Positions 26,995 through 36,872 of a DNA stretch of 64,000 nt are shown here, piece after piece; position 1 is the first letter of the stretch, and the number at the start of each line of letters is the position of its first letter. Under the pieces are notes generated by a model, which saw only the letters and a program-made list of their open reading frames with translations, was not told the DNA's origin and searched no databases. This DNA is from Actinomycetes bacterium. GTDB lineage: Bacteria > Actinomycetota > Coriobacteriia > Anaerosomatales > JAGXFU01. A program made the position numbers and the translations under genes. The DNA lies in the NCBI GenBank assembly GCA_024637115.1, contig JAGXFU010000008.1, positions 170,083 through 234,082 on the forward strand, read 5' to 3'.

Positions 26995-28995
26995 GTGAGC
27001 GTGGTGAGCAGGCGACGCCTCATCAAGGTACTGTCGCTCGCATCGGGCCTCCTGACGATACTCATGGTGCTGGCGTTGGCGCTCGCAGGGTACCTGTGGG
27101 TCTTGTCCGGACGCCTGCCTGACCTCCAAAATGATCCCACGGCGTTCAAAGTGGCAGAGACTTCGATTGTCTACGCATCTGATGGAACGGTTCTCGCCGA
27201 ATGGTATGACGAGCAGAACCGCATCGTGGTATCCGTTGATATACTCCCTGCAAATCTCGAGGACGCCACCGTCGCCATTGAGGACAAGCGCTTCTACGAG
27301 CATCAGGGTGTGGATCCTCAGGCGATTGCTCGCGCCTTGTCAATCAACTCCGGGGCTGGCGAAGTCATACAAGGCGGTTCTACCATCACGCAGCAAGCCG
27401 TGAAGCTGCTCTTTACCGATGGCGAGCGCACCTTTGGGCGCAAGGTCGAGGAGGCGCTGCTCGCCCTTTCCCTTGAGGCGCGGATCACCAAAGAAGACGT
27501 ACTCGGTATCTATCTCAATACGGTCTACTTTGGCCGCGGTGCGTATGGTGTTGAGCGAGCGGCGGAGCGGTTCTTTGGCGTAACCACGTCAGACCTGACG
27601 CTGGCGCAGTGCGCACTTCTTGCAGGCTGCATTCAGTCGCCCACGCGCTACGACCCCTTTGTCAATCCGGGTCCTGCTCTCGATCGGCGCAATACGGTGA
27701 TCCGTGAGATGCGAGACCAGGGCTACATATCCGCCCAGGAAGCTATGCAAGCTTCGGCTGAGCCATTGGGTGTCACCGACACGAACGAGACCCCTACGCT
27801 CGCTCCCCATTTTGTTGAGTACGTACGGCGTGATCTGCTCGAGCGCCTCGGCTCTGAGCGGTTGTATCAAGGGGGCCTCAGGATATATACAACGCTCGAC
27901 CCGGTTGCGCAGCGATCCGCAGAAGCAGCGGCCAAGAAGGTCCTTCCGGATGCAGAATCAGATCCGGAGGTGGCGGTGGCGGCGGTTCGATGGCGCGATG
28001 GCGCTGTGATCGCAATCGTGGGCGGCCGCGACTTCTCGGTCGAGGCGTTCGACCTGGCAACACAGGGTCGTCGGCAGGCGGGCTCGGCATTCAAGCCCTT
28101 TGTGCTTGCAGCCGCGCTCGAGCAGGGCTACACGATGGACTCCGAATGGGATGCCTCTCCGTTCTCCACACCGGTGAAGGACGAGATATGGCATGTGGAG
28201 AACTACGAGAACAGTATCAAAGGCGGTAGCTATACCCTGGAAATGGCGACCATCTGGTCCATCAACACGGTCTACGCGCGTCTGATCACTGCGGTGGGCG
28301 CCGAAAAGGTGGTCGATGTCGCGCATAGGATGGGAATCACTGCTCCTATCGATCCCGACCCGGCGATCGCACTCGGCGGACTCACGCGCGGCGTTTCCCC
28401 GCTTGAGATGGCCTCGGCATTCGGCACGATCGCGAATGATGGCGTTGCTGTCAAACCGTCCGGTATCGAGCGCGTGACCGATGACGCTGGTGAGCTTATC
28501 TACGCACCGGACCGACAGGGAACTCGCGCGATATCATCTGAGATAGCCACCTCGATATCGGCAGTCCTGAATCAGGTCTACGAGCGGGGCACCGGAACCG
28601 GAGCGAATATCGGTCAGTGGGGAGCGGTGAAGACGGGGACAGCTCAGTCGTGGCGCGATGCATGGATCGTTGGCTACTCGGGGGATATCAGCACGGCGGT
28701 GTGGGTCGGATATCCCCAAGCTCAGGTGTCCATGGATAATGTCCACGGAATTCCGGTGACCGGCGGCAGCTATCCGGCACAGGTGTGGAAGGGCTTCATG
28801 CAGGTTTCTGCACGACATGTCACTGCGCCTCAGCCCGCGCCGGAGGAAGGCAACCTAGGGCCAGCAACTGACCTGACGGTCTACATGCTGTGTCCCGAAT
28901 CGCTCAACATCGCTCGTCCTGACTGCCCTGAGCCCATGGAACTCTCCCTGCCGACAGGTTCGATCTCACAGGAACTGTGCACCCTGGAGCACTGA
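26995..28995 (+). CDS. bifunctional class A penicillin-binding protein (transglycosylase/transpeptidase)
   Basis: N-terminal TM helix. GT51 motifs are EDKRFYEHQGVD and GGSTITQQ. Transpeptidase motifs are SAFKP (SxxK), SIN (SxN) and KTGT. Confidence 0.85.
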   Translation: MSVVSRRRLIKVLSLASGLLTILMVLALALAGYLWVLSGRLPDLQNDPTAFKVAETSIVYASDGTVLAEWYDEQNRIVVSVDILPANLEDATVAIEDKRFYEHQGVDPQAIARALSINSGAGEVIQGGSTITQQAVKLLFTDGERTFGRKVEEALLALSLEARITKEDVLGIYLNTVYFGRGAYGVERAAERFFGVTTSDLTLAQCALLAGCIQSPTRYDPFVNPGPALDRRNTVIREMRDQGYISAQEAMQASAEPLGVTDTNETPTLAPHFVEYVRRDLLERLGSERLYQGGLRIYTTLDPVAQRSAEAAAKKVLPDAESDPEVAVAAVRWRDGAVIAIVGGRDFSVEAFDLATQGRRQAGSAFKPFVLAAALEQGYTMDSEWDASPFSTPVKDEIWHVENYENSIKGGSYTLEMATIWSINTVYARLITAVGAEKVVDVAHRMGITAPIDPDPAIALGGLTRGVSPLEMASAFGTIANDGVAVKPSGIERVTDDAGELIYAPDRQGTRAISSEIATSISAVLNQVYERGTGTGANIGQWGAVKTGTAQSWRDAWIVGYSGDISTAVWVGYPQAQVSMDNVHGIPVTGGSYPAQVWKGFMQVSARHVTAPQPAPEEGNLGPATDLTVYMLCPESLNIARPDCPEPMELSLPTGSISQELCTLEH

Positions 28996-29126
28996 TCAGG
29001 TCCGATCAGTGATGTGAGGGACGCTCCGGATCTGCAGCAGAACACGGGGACAGCACCTCGGTTACAATAGATGGTCAGCCAGGCAATCCAACGAGACCGG
29101 CTCGTTCGTGGAAGGATCGCACAGCG

Positions 29127-30698
29127 TTGATCACCCTTTACGACACCACGCTCAGGGATGGTACCCAGCGCGAGAATCTCTCGCTTTCGGTCGAGGACAA
29201 GCTACGCATCTGCCAGCGGCTCGACGACCTGGGCGTGCACTACATCGAAGGCGGATGGCCGGGTGCCAATCCCAAAGACACGGAGTTCTTTGAGCGCGCG
29301 CGCGACCTTGAGCTCTCCTCGGCAGTTATCTCGGCGTTTGGCTCTACGCGTCGCAAGGATGTGTCCGTAGAGCAGGATGCGCAGATCCAGGGACTTCTCG
29401 ACACGGGTGCCAAGGCGCTGTGCGTATTCGGCAAGGCGTGGGACATTCACGTGACCGAGACGTTGCACGCAACGCTCGAGGAGAATCTCGCGATGGTGGG
29501 TGACACAGTCCGCTACCTCAAAGAGCAGGGTCGCACGGTGTTCTTTGACGCCGAGCACTTCTTTGATGGATACGCGAACAACGCCAGTTACGCGATCGAA
29601 GTCTGCACGGTCGCCGCAGAGGCGGGCGCGGACGCGGTCGTGCTGTGCGACACCAACGGCGGCACTCTGCCGCACGAGGTGCTCAGGACCGTCTCCGCTA
29701 TGAGGCTGGTCATTGAGGTGCCCCTCGGCATTCACGCGCACAACGATGCCGGCTGCGCGGTGGCCAACTCGCTGATCGCGATCGATGCCGGCTGCACGCA
29801 TGTGCAGGGCACGGTCAACGGGTATGGTGAGCGCGCCGGCAATGCGAATCTGACAACCATCATCCCGTCGCTCGTTCTCAAGATGAACGACGACTGCATC
29901 ACGCGGGATCAGCTCAGGCTCATTACCGAGGTGAGCCATTTCGTGGCTGAGACCGCGAACATCTCGCCGGAACCGCATCAGCCGTATGTGGGCTCCTCGG
30001 CATTTGCGCACAAGGGCGGCATTCACGCGAGCGCTGCTCAGCGTTTGCCCGAGGCTTACGAGCACATCGACGCGGCTTTGGTGGGCAACCTCGCACGCGT
30101 CGTTGTGAGTGAGATGGCAGGACGTGCATCGCTGCAGATGAAGGCACAGGAACTCGGAATCGATCTCACGGGTGATCCCGAGACGGTCGGAGCGGTGCTC
30201 GACAACATCAAGGAACTCGAGCACCAGGGTTACAGCTTCGAAGCCGCCGATGCGTCGCTCGAGGTCATGCTGCGCAAGCAGATGGGTACGTACGAGCCCT
30301 TCTTCAAGCTCGAGTCCTTCCGCGCGATCATGGAGAAGCGCGAGGACGGCAAAGTCATGACCGAGGCGACTATCAAGGTCCACATCGGCGGGCATCGCTA
30401 CATCGCGACAGCAGAGGGCAACGGTCCTGTGAACGCCCTCGACAAGGCGCTTCGCATCGCCATCGGGCGTTTCTATCCCGCACTCGACGCGATCGAGCTC
30501 ATGGACTTCAAAGTGCGTGTCCTTGATGAGAAGAAGGGCACCGCTGCAGTCACGCGCGTGCTCATCGAGTCGAGCGACGGCGAAAAGAGCTGGGGCACGG
30601 TGGGGCTCTCCGAGAACATCATCGAAGCGTCGTGGGAGGCGCTCGTGGACTCGGTTGTGTTCGGCCTTTCGCATCCGCGATCTGCCCCCGAGGAGTAG
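29127..30698 (+). CDS. cimA: citramalate synthase (LeuA-family, CimA type)
   Basis: TTG start. The N-terminus ITLYDTTLRDGTQRENLSLSVEDKLRI...EGGWPGANPKDTEFF is characteristic of the CimA clade rather than LeuA. 523 aa. Confidence 0.8.
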   Translation: MITLYDTTLRDGTQRENLSLSVEDKLRICQRLDDLGVHYIEGGWPGANPKDTEFFERARDLELSSAVISAFGSTRRKDVSVEQDAQIQGLLDTGAKALCVFGKAWDIHVTETLHATLEENLAMVGDTVRYLKEQGRTVFFDAEHFFDGYANNASYAIEVCTVAAEAGADAVVLCDTNGGTLPHEVLRTVSAMRLVIEVPLGIHAHNDAGCAVANSLIAIDAGCTHVQGTVNGYGERAGNANLTTIIPSLVLKMNDDCITRDQLRLITEVSHFVAETANISPEPHQPYVGSSAFAHKGGIHASAAQRLPEAYEHIDAALVGNLARVVVSEMAGRASLQMKAQELGIDLTGDPETVGAVLDNIKELEHQGYSFEAADASLEVMLRKQMGTYEPFFKLESFRAIMEKREDGKVMTEATIKVHIGGHRYIATAEGNGPVNALDKALRIAIGRFYPALDAIELMDFKVRVLDEKKGTAAVTRVLIESSDGEKSWGTVGLSENIIEASWEALVDSVVFGLSHPRSAPEE

Positions 30699-30815
30699 CG
30701 GCGGACCGTATCGTCTGCCGATTCCTCCGCAGTTGGTCATCTCGTATGCAGGAGGGTGGCGTGCTTCATGGAAGTTAACTCGCAAGATGCCATCACACGA
30801 ATCAAGGAGAGTGGC

Positions 30816-31565
30816 ATGCGTGTCGTCCGCCTGATTGCGGACGGTGATTGCAGATATGGACTCGCCGACAACGCCACCGTCACGCTGATTTCCGATGAAC
30901 CATTCGCCGCTTGGGAACCCGAGGGGGCAATCGGGCTTCGGAGCGCTCAACTGTTGACCCCGGTCGTACCCACGAAGATCGTGTGTGTGGGAATCAACTA
31001 CCGCGGTCACGCCGAGGAGATGGGACACGAGATCCCCACCGAGCCGGTGATCTTCCTCAAGCCGCCGACAACGATGAACCATCCCGGTGGTGAGATCGTG
31101 ATACCGCCGGGAACCGGCCGCGTGGACTTCGAGGCTGAACTGGCTGTCGTGATCGGTCGACGCACGCATCGTGTCACAGCCGAGGAAGCTGCACACAACA
31201 TCCTCGGCTACACATGCGCCAATGACATCACTGCTCGCGACATCCAGAAACGCGATGGCCAATGGACCCGTGCCAAGAGCTTCGACGGCTTCTGCCCGCT
31301 CGGTCCCTGGGTCGAGACGGACGTTGACCCAAGCGACTTGCGCATACGTTCCTATGTGAATGGTTCGGTGCGCCAAGATGCGCGCACGAGCGACATGATC
31401 TTCAATGTCTTTGAACTCGTGAGCTTCGTGAGTCACGTGATGACTCTCGTACCGGGTGACGTTGTGCTGACCGGTACGCCAAGCGGAATCGGGCCGATTG
31501 AACCGGGCGACGAGGTCGAGGTCGAGATCGAGGACATCGGCTCGCTCGTGAACACGGTGGTCTAG
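30816..31565 (+). CDS. fumarylacetoacetate hydrolase (FAH) family protein
   Basis: ATG at 30816 sits behind AAGGAG. The motifs VGINYRGHAEEMG, DFEAELAVVIG and GDVVLTGTPSGIGPI are typical of the FAH fold. Confidence 0.8.
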   Translation: MRVVRLIADGDCRYGLADNATVTLISDEPFAAWEPEGAIGLRSAQLLTPVVPTKIVCVGINYRGHAEEMGHEIPTEPVIFLKPPTTMNHPGGEIVIPPGTGRVDFEAELAVVIGRRTHRVTAEEAAHNILGYTCANDITARDIQKRDGQWTRAKSFDGFCPLGPWVETDVDPSDLRIRSYVNGSVRQDARTSDMIFNVFELVSFVSHVMTLVPGDVVLTGTPSGIGPIEPGDEVEVEIEDIGSLVNTVV

Positions 31566-31733
31566 CCGTTCGCGCGTCTCCCTGCGACAGGCGGAAGCGT
31601 TGCACCGCATCCTTGCGGGGCCTTGTCCGTCCGTCGCGTTCGGGTCACCGCTCGGCTATCCACAGCCCCTAGATGTCGTGGTCGCGTGCTAGACTGAACC
31701 CGTCATCTTGTGGTGGGAGAGGTCCGAATCGGT

Positions 31734-32033
31734 ATGGCATCTGATCGTCTGCGCACGTCCGAAGTTGAAGAACTGATCACGGCTCTGTTGGCGCTCGATA
31801 GTGCCGACGAGGCGTATGCGCTGCTGCAGGATCTCTGCACCATCCGTGAGGTTCAGGATATGGCTCAACGGCTTCAGGTCGCCCGCATGCTCTCCGCTGG
31901 CGAGCACTATGCTCATATCCAGGAGGTCACGGGCGCATCGGCCACCACCATCAGTCGGGTGAGCAAGTCTCTCAACTACGGTGCTGACGGCTATCGCGCA
32001 ATCCTTGGCAAGCTCGATTCGCAGGAGGCGTAG
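31734..32033 (+). CDS. TrpR-related YerC/YecD-family DNA-binding protein
   Basis: The sequence LLALDSADEAYALLQDLCTIREVQDMAQRLQVARML...TGASATTISRVSKSLNYGADGY matches the YerC/YecD pattern. The track ORF starts at GTG 31710. Confidence 0.8.
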   Translation: MASDRLRTSEVEELITALLALDSADEAYALLQDLCTIREVQDMAQRLQVARMLSAGEHYAHIQEVTGASATTISRVSKSLNYGADGYRAILGKLDSQEA

Positions 32034-32038
32034 GGCCC

Positions 32039-35000
32039 GTGTCCTTCGTTCACTTGCATACGCATACCGAATATTCCCTGCTTGACGGCGCCGCACGTGT
32101 CAAAGAGGTTATCGCGCGCGCGGTCGAGTATGAGATGCCCGCGCTGGCCATTACCGATCACGGCAACATGTACGGGGCGGTCGACTTTTATCGACAGGCC
32201 ACCGAGGCGGGGATCAAGCCGATCGTGGGCTGTGAAGTCTACTTCACGCCGAATTCACGGCTCAAGCGCGGTGGCAAACCCGAGCTCTACCACCTGCTGC
32301 TCCTGGCCAAGAACAACGAGGGCTATCGCAACCTGCGCACGCTTGTGAGCCATGCCGCGGTCGAGGGGTTCTACTACAAGCCGCAGGTCGATATGGAGCT
32401 GCTTGAGCGTTACAGCGAAGGGCTCATCGGAACCAGCGCGTGTATGAGCGGAATCGTGAGCAAGTCCATCGAGATGGGCAGTCCGGATACGGCTCGCACG
32501 TGGGCGGAACGGTACACAGAAGTATTTGCGCCGGGTGATTTCTACCTTGAGATCCAGAACCAGGGAATCACTGCCAACAATGGCACCACTCAGGCGCAGT
32601 TGAATCGCGAGATCGCGAGTATCGCTTCCGAGCTCGGCGTTGGCCTCGTCGCCACCAACGACATCCACTACGTTACCCGCGAACACGCTAAGACCCAGGA
32701 TCTGTTGCTGTGCATCGGTACCGGCACCGTCCTCGACGACACCAAGCGCATGAAGTTCTCCTGCGACGAGTTCTTCATGAAGTCCGCCGAGGAGATGGGT
32801 GAGGCCATCGGCCCATATCCCGAGGCCCTGGCCAACACCCTCGAAATCGCCCGGAAGTGCGACATCTCGATGGAGTTCGACAAGATGCACCTCCCTGTGT
32901 TCCAGGTGCCCGAGCTGCATACCCAGGAGAGTTTCCTGCGCGAGGAGTGTGTCGCCGGCCTCAAGGAGCGCTATGGCGACCCGCTGCCACCTGAGGTCGT
33001 TGAGCGACTCGAACATGAACTCGAGGTCATCAACGACAAAGGGTTCGCACCATACTTCCTGATCGTTGCGGACTTTGTGCGGTGGGCCAAGGGCAACGAC
33101 ATCGGCGTCGGTCCCGGACGTGGTAGCGCCGCAGGCTCGATCATCGCGTACTCCCTGGGCATCACAGCACTGGATCCGATCAAGAATGGGCTCCTGTTCG
33201 AGCGATTTCTGAATCCCGAGCGCTCGGAGATGCCCGATATCGATATCGACTTCGACGATGAGCGTCGTGGCGAGGTCATTGACTATGTTCGCGAGATCTA
33301 CGGCGACGATCATGTCGCACAGATCATCACATTCGGCACGATGAAGGCGCGCGCAGCCGTGCGCGATGCGGGTCGCGTGCTCGGCTATCCCTACGGTGTG
33401 CCGGATCGCATTTCCAAGATGATCCTCGATGAGTTGGGCGCAACGATCGACGGGTCGATCAAGGCCAACTCCGAGTTCAAGACCGACTATGCGGACAATA
33501 CCGATACGCAGCGAATTGTGGACGCGGCTCGCTCGCTTGAGGGCATCGTGCGAGGTGAAGGTGTGCACGCGGCTGGCGTGGTCATCTGCCCCGACCCGGT
33601 CTATCAGCACGTGCCTGTCAAGTACGACACCAAAGGCGGCGCGGTCATCACGCAGTGGGACGGTCCCACAGTCGCAGACCTCGGCCTCCTCAAGATGGAC
33701 TTCCTGGGCCTGAGAACCCTCACTGTGATCGCGAATGCGGTCAAGAATGTGCGCGCGAATCACGGGATCGATCTCGATCCGAATGACTTTCCACTTGATG
33801 ACGAAGCCACGTTCGACCTGCTTCGCCGGGCGGACACGATGGGTGTGTTCCAGGTCGAGTCCGGCGGCATGCGCCAGCTCCTCAAGAAGATGAAGCCCGA
33901 GACGTTTGGCGATGTGGTCGCGATTCTTGCACTGTATCGCCCCGGGCCTCTCGGCTCAGGTATGGTCGATGACTTCGTCGAGCGCAAGAGCGGCCGCCGT
34001 GCGGTGACCTACTACGACGAGCGTCTCAAACCGATCCTCGAAGAGACGTATGGCGCAATCGTGTATCAGGAACAGGTCATGCGCATCTCCATGATGATGT
34101 CGGGCTTCTCGGCAGCCAAAGCGGACAAACTGCGTAAGGCCATGGGCAAGAAGCTCATGGACGTCCTGTCCGCGCTCAAGACCGACTGGGTCGAGGGTGC
34201 GAAGGCAAACGAATACGACCCACAGCTCGCTGAAAGAATGTGGGAAGACATCCTGCCCTTCGCCGAGTACGCGTTCAACAAGTCACATTCCGCCGCCTAC
34301 GGTCTCATCACGATGCAGACGGCGTATCTCAAGGCGCACTATCCGACCGAATATATGGCGGCTGTTCTCACAAGCTACCAGGGCAAGACGGATCACATCG
34401 TCAAGTACGTTGCCGAGTGCAACCGTGCTGGGATGACGGTGCTTCCTCCCGACGTGAACTCCTCGGGTCGGGACTTCACTGCCGTGCCCGACGGCATTCG
34501 CTTTGGTATGGCGGGCATTCGGGGCGTTGGCGAGGCCGTTGTCGACTCGATTATCGCTACGCGCGATGAGAGCGGCCCATTCACGTCTCTCCAGGACTTT
34601 TGTGCCCGGGTACCAATGCGGACCATGAACAAGAAGACCGTCGAAGCCCTCATCAAGGCAGGCGCATTCGATTCGACCGGATATACCCGAAAGAACCTCA
34701 TTGAGATGTACGAGCCGTGCATCGAGTCGGCATCTCAGCGACAGAAGGATCAGGAGAACGGCCAGGTCTCTATGTTCGAGATGTTTGCCGAAGAAGACCA
34801 CGGATTTTCAGAGGAGATACCGCCCCCCAACGGTGATGAGTGGGACAAGAAGATCAAACTCGCGTTCGAGAAGGAGATGCTTGGCATCTACGTTTCGGAC
34901 CACCCACTCTCGGACATCTCCGATGCCATCAGCATGGCCGCGGACTATTCGCTCGGTGATCTCGATGAGATTCCCGGCGGAACGTATGGCTGGTTCGCGG

Positions 35001-35473
35001 GCATTCTCGCAAGCGTTGAGCGCAAGCCGACCCGCAAGGGCACGATGATGGCGATAGCCACGCTCGAAGACATGAGCGGCGGGATTGAGTGCGTCCTCTT
35101 TCCGCAGACCTACGACAAGCATCGTGACCTGATCGTCGAAGATACCGTACTTCGGTTCAGGGCAAAGCTCGAAGAGGACGACCGCGGCCGCAAGCTCATC
35201 GTTCAGGAAGTCCAGCCGTTCGACGGTCAGGCCTTCAACCATCCACCGGGCAAGATAGTCGTGGAGACCCAAGCGGCCACATTCAGGAATGGTCGAGATC
35301 AACTCAAAGAAGTACTCGGTCGCTACCCCGGACGTGACATTCTCGAGTTTCAGATCAAAGGCGAGAACTCCACCAAGACCTGGAAGTGCGGCACCGTGAA
35401 CCGGGATGCCAACGGACTTTTTGCGGAACTCATGGAGATCTTCGGTGGCGCAGCGGTGCGCGAAGCTGGGTAG
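32039..35473 (+). CDS. dnaE: DNA polymerase III alpha subunit
   Basis: 1144 aa. The PHP domain is FVHLHTHTEYSLLDGA, followed by the palm/fingers (PDIDIDF) and a C-terminal OB fold. Confidence 0.95.
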   Translation: MSFVHLHTHTEYSLLDGAARVKEVIARAVEYEMPALAITDHGNMYGAVDFYRQATEAGIKPIVGCEVYFTPNSRLKRGGKPELYHLLLLAKNNEGYRNLRTLVSHAAVEGFYYKPQVDMELLERYSEGLIGTSACMSGIVSKSIEMGSPDTARTWAERYTEVFAPGDFYLEIQNQGITANNGTTQAQLNREIASIASELGVGLVATNDIHYVTREHAKTQDLLLCIGTGTVLDDTKRMKFSCDEFFMKSAEEMGEAIGPYPEALANTLEIARKCDISMEFDKMHLPVFQVPELHTQESFLREECVAGLKERYGDPLPPEVVERLEHELEVINDKGFAPYFLIVADFVRWAKGNDIGVGPGRGSAAGSIIAYSLGITALDPIKNGLLFERFLNPERSEMPDIDIDFDDERRGEVIDYVREIYGDDHVAQIITFGTMKARAAVRDAGRVLGYPYGVPDRISKMILDELGATIDGSIKANSEFKTDYADNTDTQRIVDAARSLEGIVRGEGVHAAGVVICPDPVYQHVPVKYDTKGGAVITQWDGPTVADLGLLKMDFLGLRTLTVIANAVKNVRANHGIDLDPNDFPLDDEATFDLLRRADTMGVFQVESGGMRQLLKKMKPETFGDVVAILALYRPGPLGSGMVDDFVERKSGRRAVTYYDERLKPILEETYGAIVYQEQVMRISMMMSGFSAAKADKLRKAMGKKLMDVLSALKTDWVEGAKANEYDPQLAERMWEDILPFAEYAFNKSHSAAYGLITMQTAYLKAHYPTEYMAAVLTSYQGKTDHIVKYVAECNRAGMTVLPPDVNSSGRDFTAVPDGIRFGMAGIRGVGEAVVDSIIATRDESGPFTSLQDFCARVPMRTMNKKTVEALIKAGAFDSTGYTRKNLIEMYEPCIESASQRQKDQENGQVSMFEMFAEEDHGFSEEIPPPNGDEWDKKIKLAFEKEMLGIYVSDHPLSDISDAISMAADYSLGDLDEIPGGTYGWFAGILASVERKPTRKGTMMAIATLEDMSGGIECVLFPQTYDKHRDLIVEDTVLRFRAKLEEDDRGRKLIVQEVQPFDGQAFNHPPGKIVVETQAATFRNGRDQLKEVLGRYPGRDILEFQIKGENSTKTWKCGTVNRDANGLFAELMEIFGGAAVREAG

Positions 35474-35484
35474 CCAGTGTACGC

Positions 35485-35512
35485 TTGACACCGCTCGGCA
35501 CAATGCTACACT
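35485..35512 (+). promoter_or_regulatory. his operon promoter (TTGACA-N16-TACACT with TGC extension)
   Basis: The -35 TTGACA is at 35485-35490 and the extended -10 TGCTACACT at 35504-35512. Confidence 0.55.
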
Positions 35513-35518
35513 GCTCTA

Positions 35519-35540
35519 GCACTCTACTGTAATAGAGTGC
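35519..35540 (+). promoter_or_regulatory. perfect 8-bp inverted repeat at the predicted 5' end of the his transcript
   Basis: Arms GCACTCTA (35519-35526) and TAGAGTGC (35533-35540) flank the loop ctgtaa. A third copy, GCACTCT (35602-35608), abuts the hisZ start. Confidence 0.4.
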
Positions 35541-35609
35541 GCTGATGAGGGTATGCACCATTCGTGATGTCCCCGCGCGATTCGTACGCGAACGAGAAGG
35601 AGCACTCTG

Positions 35610-36872
35610 GTGAGACCGGTCACCCCACGTGGATTCAGGGATGTACTGCCCCGCGAGGCGGCAGAGCGTGATTCAATCGCCCGTTCCATGTCTGGAGCGA
35701 TGGCTGCATGGGGCTATGGTCTTGTGGAGACCCCGGTGGTTGAAGCGTACGCCACGCTGGAGGCGGGGGTGGGAGGCTCGCTCGAGGGAACGGCATTTCG
35801 TCTGTTTGACTCGGATGGAGGCCTCCTGGCCTTGCGTCCGGAGATGACGGTTCCGATTGCCCGACTCGCGGCAACACGCTTTGCTGCGGAGCCGGGCCCA
35901 TACCGTCTCCGCTATGTCTCAGAGGTGTTTCGTGAGCAGGCGTCGATGCGCGGGCAGGCACGACAGTTCACCCAGGTAGGCCTTGAGCTTATTGGAGCGA
36001 GCGGTCCGGCTGCCGATGCAGAGGTGATCGCTGTTCTCGTGGAGGCACTCCGCTCGTCTGACCTGTCGGACTTCACCGTCGGTGTTGGCACCGTTGAAGT
36101 TCTGCGAGCAATCATCGACGCCGCAGGTATGGATAGTGCGTGGGAAGATTCAGTGCTCAAGGCTGCACACGAGCGCAATCTTGTTGCTATCGACGAACTC
36201 GCTGACTCGGTCGGAGTCAACAAGCATGCCGCCAAGGCTCTCCGCGAAGTACCCCGCATTCGCGGTTCTCGAAAGGCTATTGAGGAGTGCCGGAGTGCGG
36301 CTGCCGCCTGCTGTGTGGACACTGCATTGGACGCACTCGGTGAGACGTGGGATCTGCTCGAGACGCTGGGTGTTGCCGGCAAGGTCTCGATCGACTTTGG
36401 GATCATGCGGTCCTTCGATTACTACACCGGCATCGTGCTCGAGGTGTACACGTCTGCTCTCGGACTTCCAGTCGGCGGCGGAGGCCGCTACGACGGGGTA
36501 ATGGCAGAATTCGAGACGCCGATGCCCGCAGCGGGTTTTGCGATTGGAATCGAGCGACTGCATATCGCCCTCTCGGAGCAACAAGCTGAGATACCTGTTC
36601 CCCGGCTCGATGCTGTGCTGGGCGGAGATGCTGTGTTCGCCTTCGCCGCAGCTCGAAGACTGCGCGAGGCCGGTTGGGCCGTTCGCCTGTCGGAGCGTGT
36701 TGGTCTCGACCTGGTGCGAGAGGCGGAGAGCGCCGAGGCACGAGAGGCGCTGGTTGCCCGGGAAGGGCAGATCGTGCGTTTGGGTCGCGCAGGAGAACGT
36801 GCCTTGCCCCTCGATGATCCGTTGCCTGAACCACCAACAAAGAGCTGGGCAACAGGGGAGGGATCCGCATGA
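35610..36872 (+). CDS. hisZ: ATP phosphoribosyltransferase regulatory subunit (HisRS paralogue)
   Basis: GTG start behind AAGGAG. HisRS-like class II motifs (RGFRDVLP, FRLFD, ELIG) are present without an anticodon-binding function context. It precedes a short-form hisG. Confidence 0.85.
   Translation: MRPVTPRGFRDVLPREAAERDSIARSMSGAMAAWGYGLVETPVVEAYATLEAGVGGSLEGTAFRLFDSDGGLLALRPEMTVPIARLAATRFAAEPGPYRLRYVSEVFREQASMRGQARQFTQVGLELIGASGPAADAEVIAVLVEALRSSDLSDFTVGVGTVEVLRAIIDAAGMDSAWEDSVLKAAHERNLVAIDELADSVGVNKHAAKALREVPRIRGSRKAIEECRSAAAACCVDTALDALGETWDLLETLGVAGKVSIDFGIMRSFDYYTGIVLEVYTSALGLPVGGGGRYDGVMAEFETPMPAAGFAIGIERLHIALSEQQAEIPVPRLDAVLGGDAVFAFAAARRLREAGWAVRLSERVGLDLVREAESAEAREALVAREGQIVRLGRAGERALPLDDPLPEPPTKSWATGEGSA

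Noticed and set aside
29202-31610. An 802-aa minus-strand ORF, the longest ORF in this part of the track.
   Set aside because: It lies entirely antisense to cimA and the FAH-family gene, both of which have clear family motifs. Its translation is Arg/Ala/Gly/His-rich low-complexity sequence with no motif or ribosome-binding site. This is a typical stop-codon-poor antisense frame in high-GC DNA.
32255-33763. A 502-aa minus-strand ORF.
   Set aside because: It is antisense to dnaE, with a low-complexity translation.
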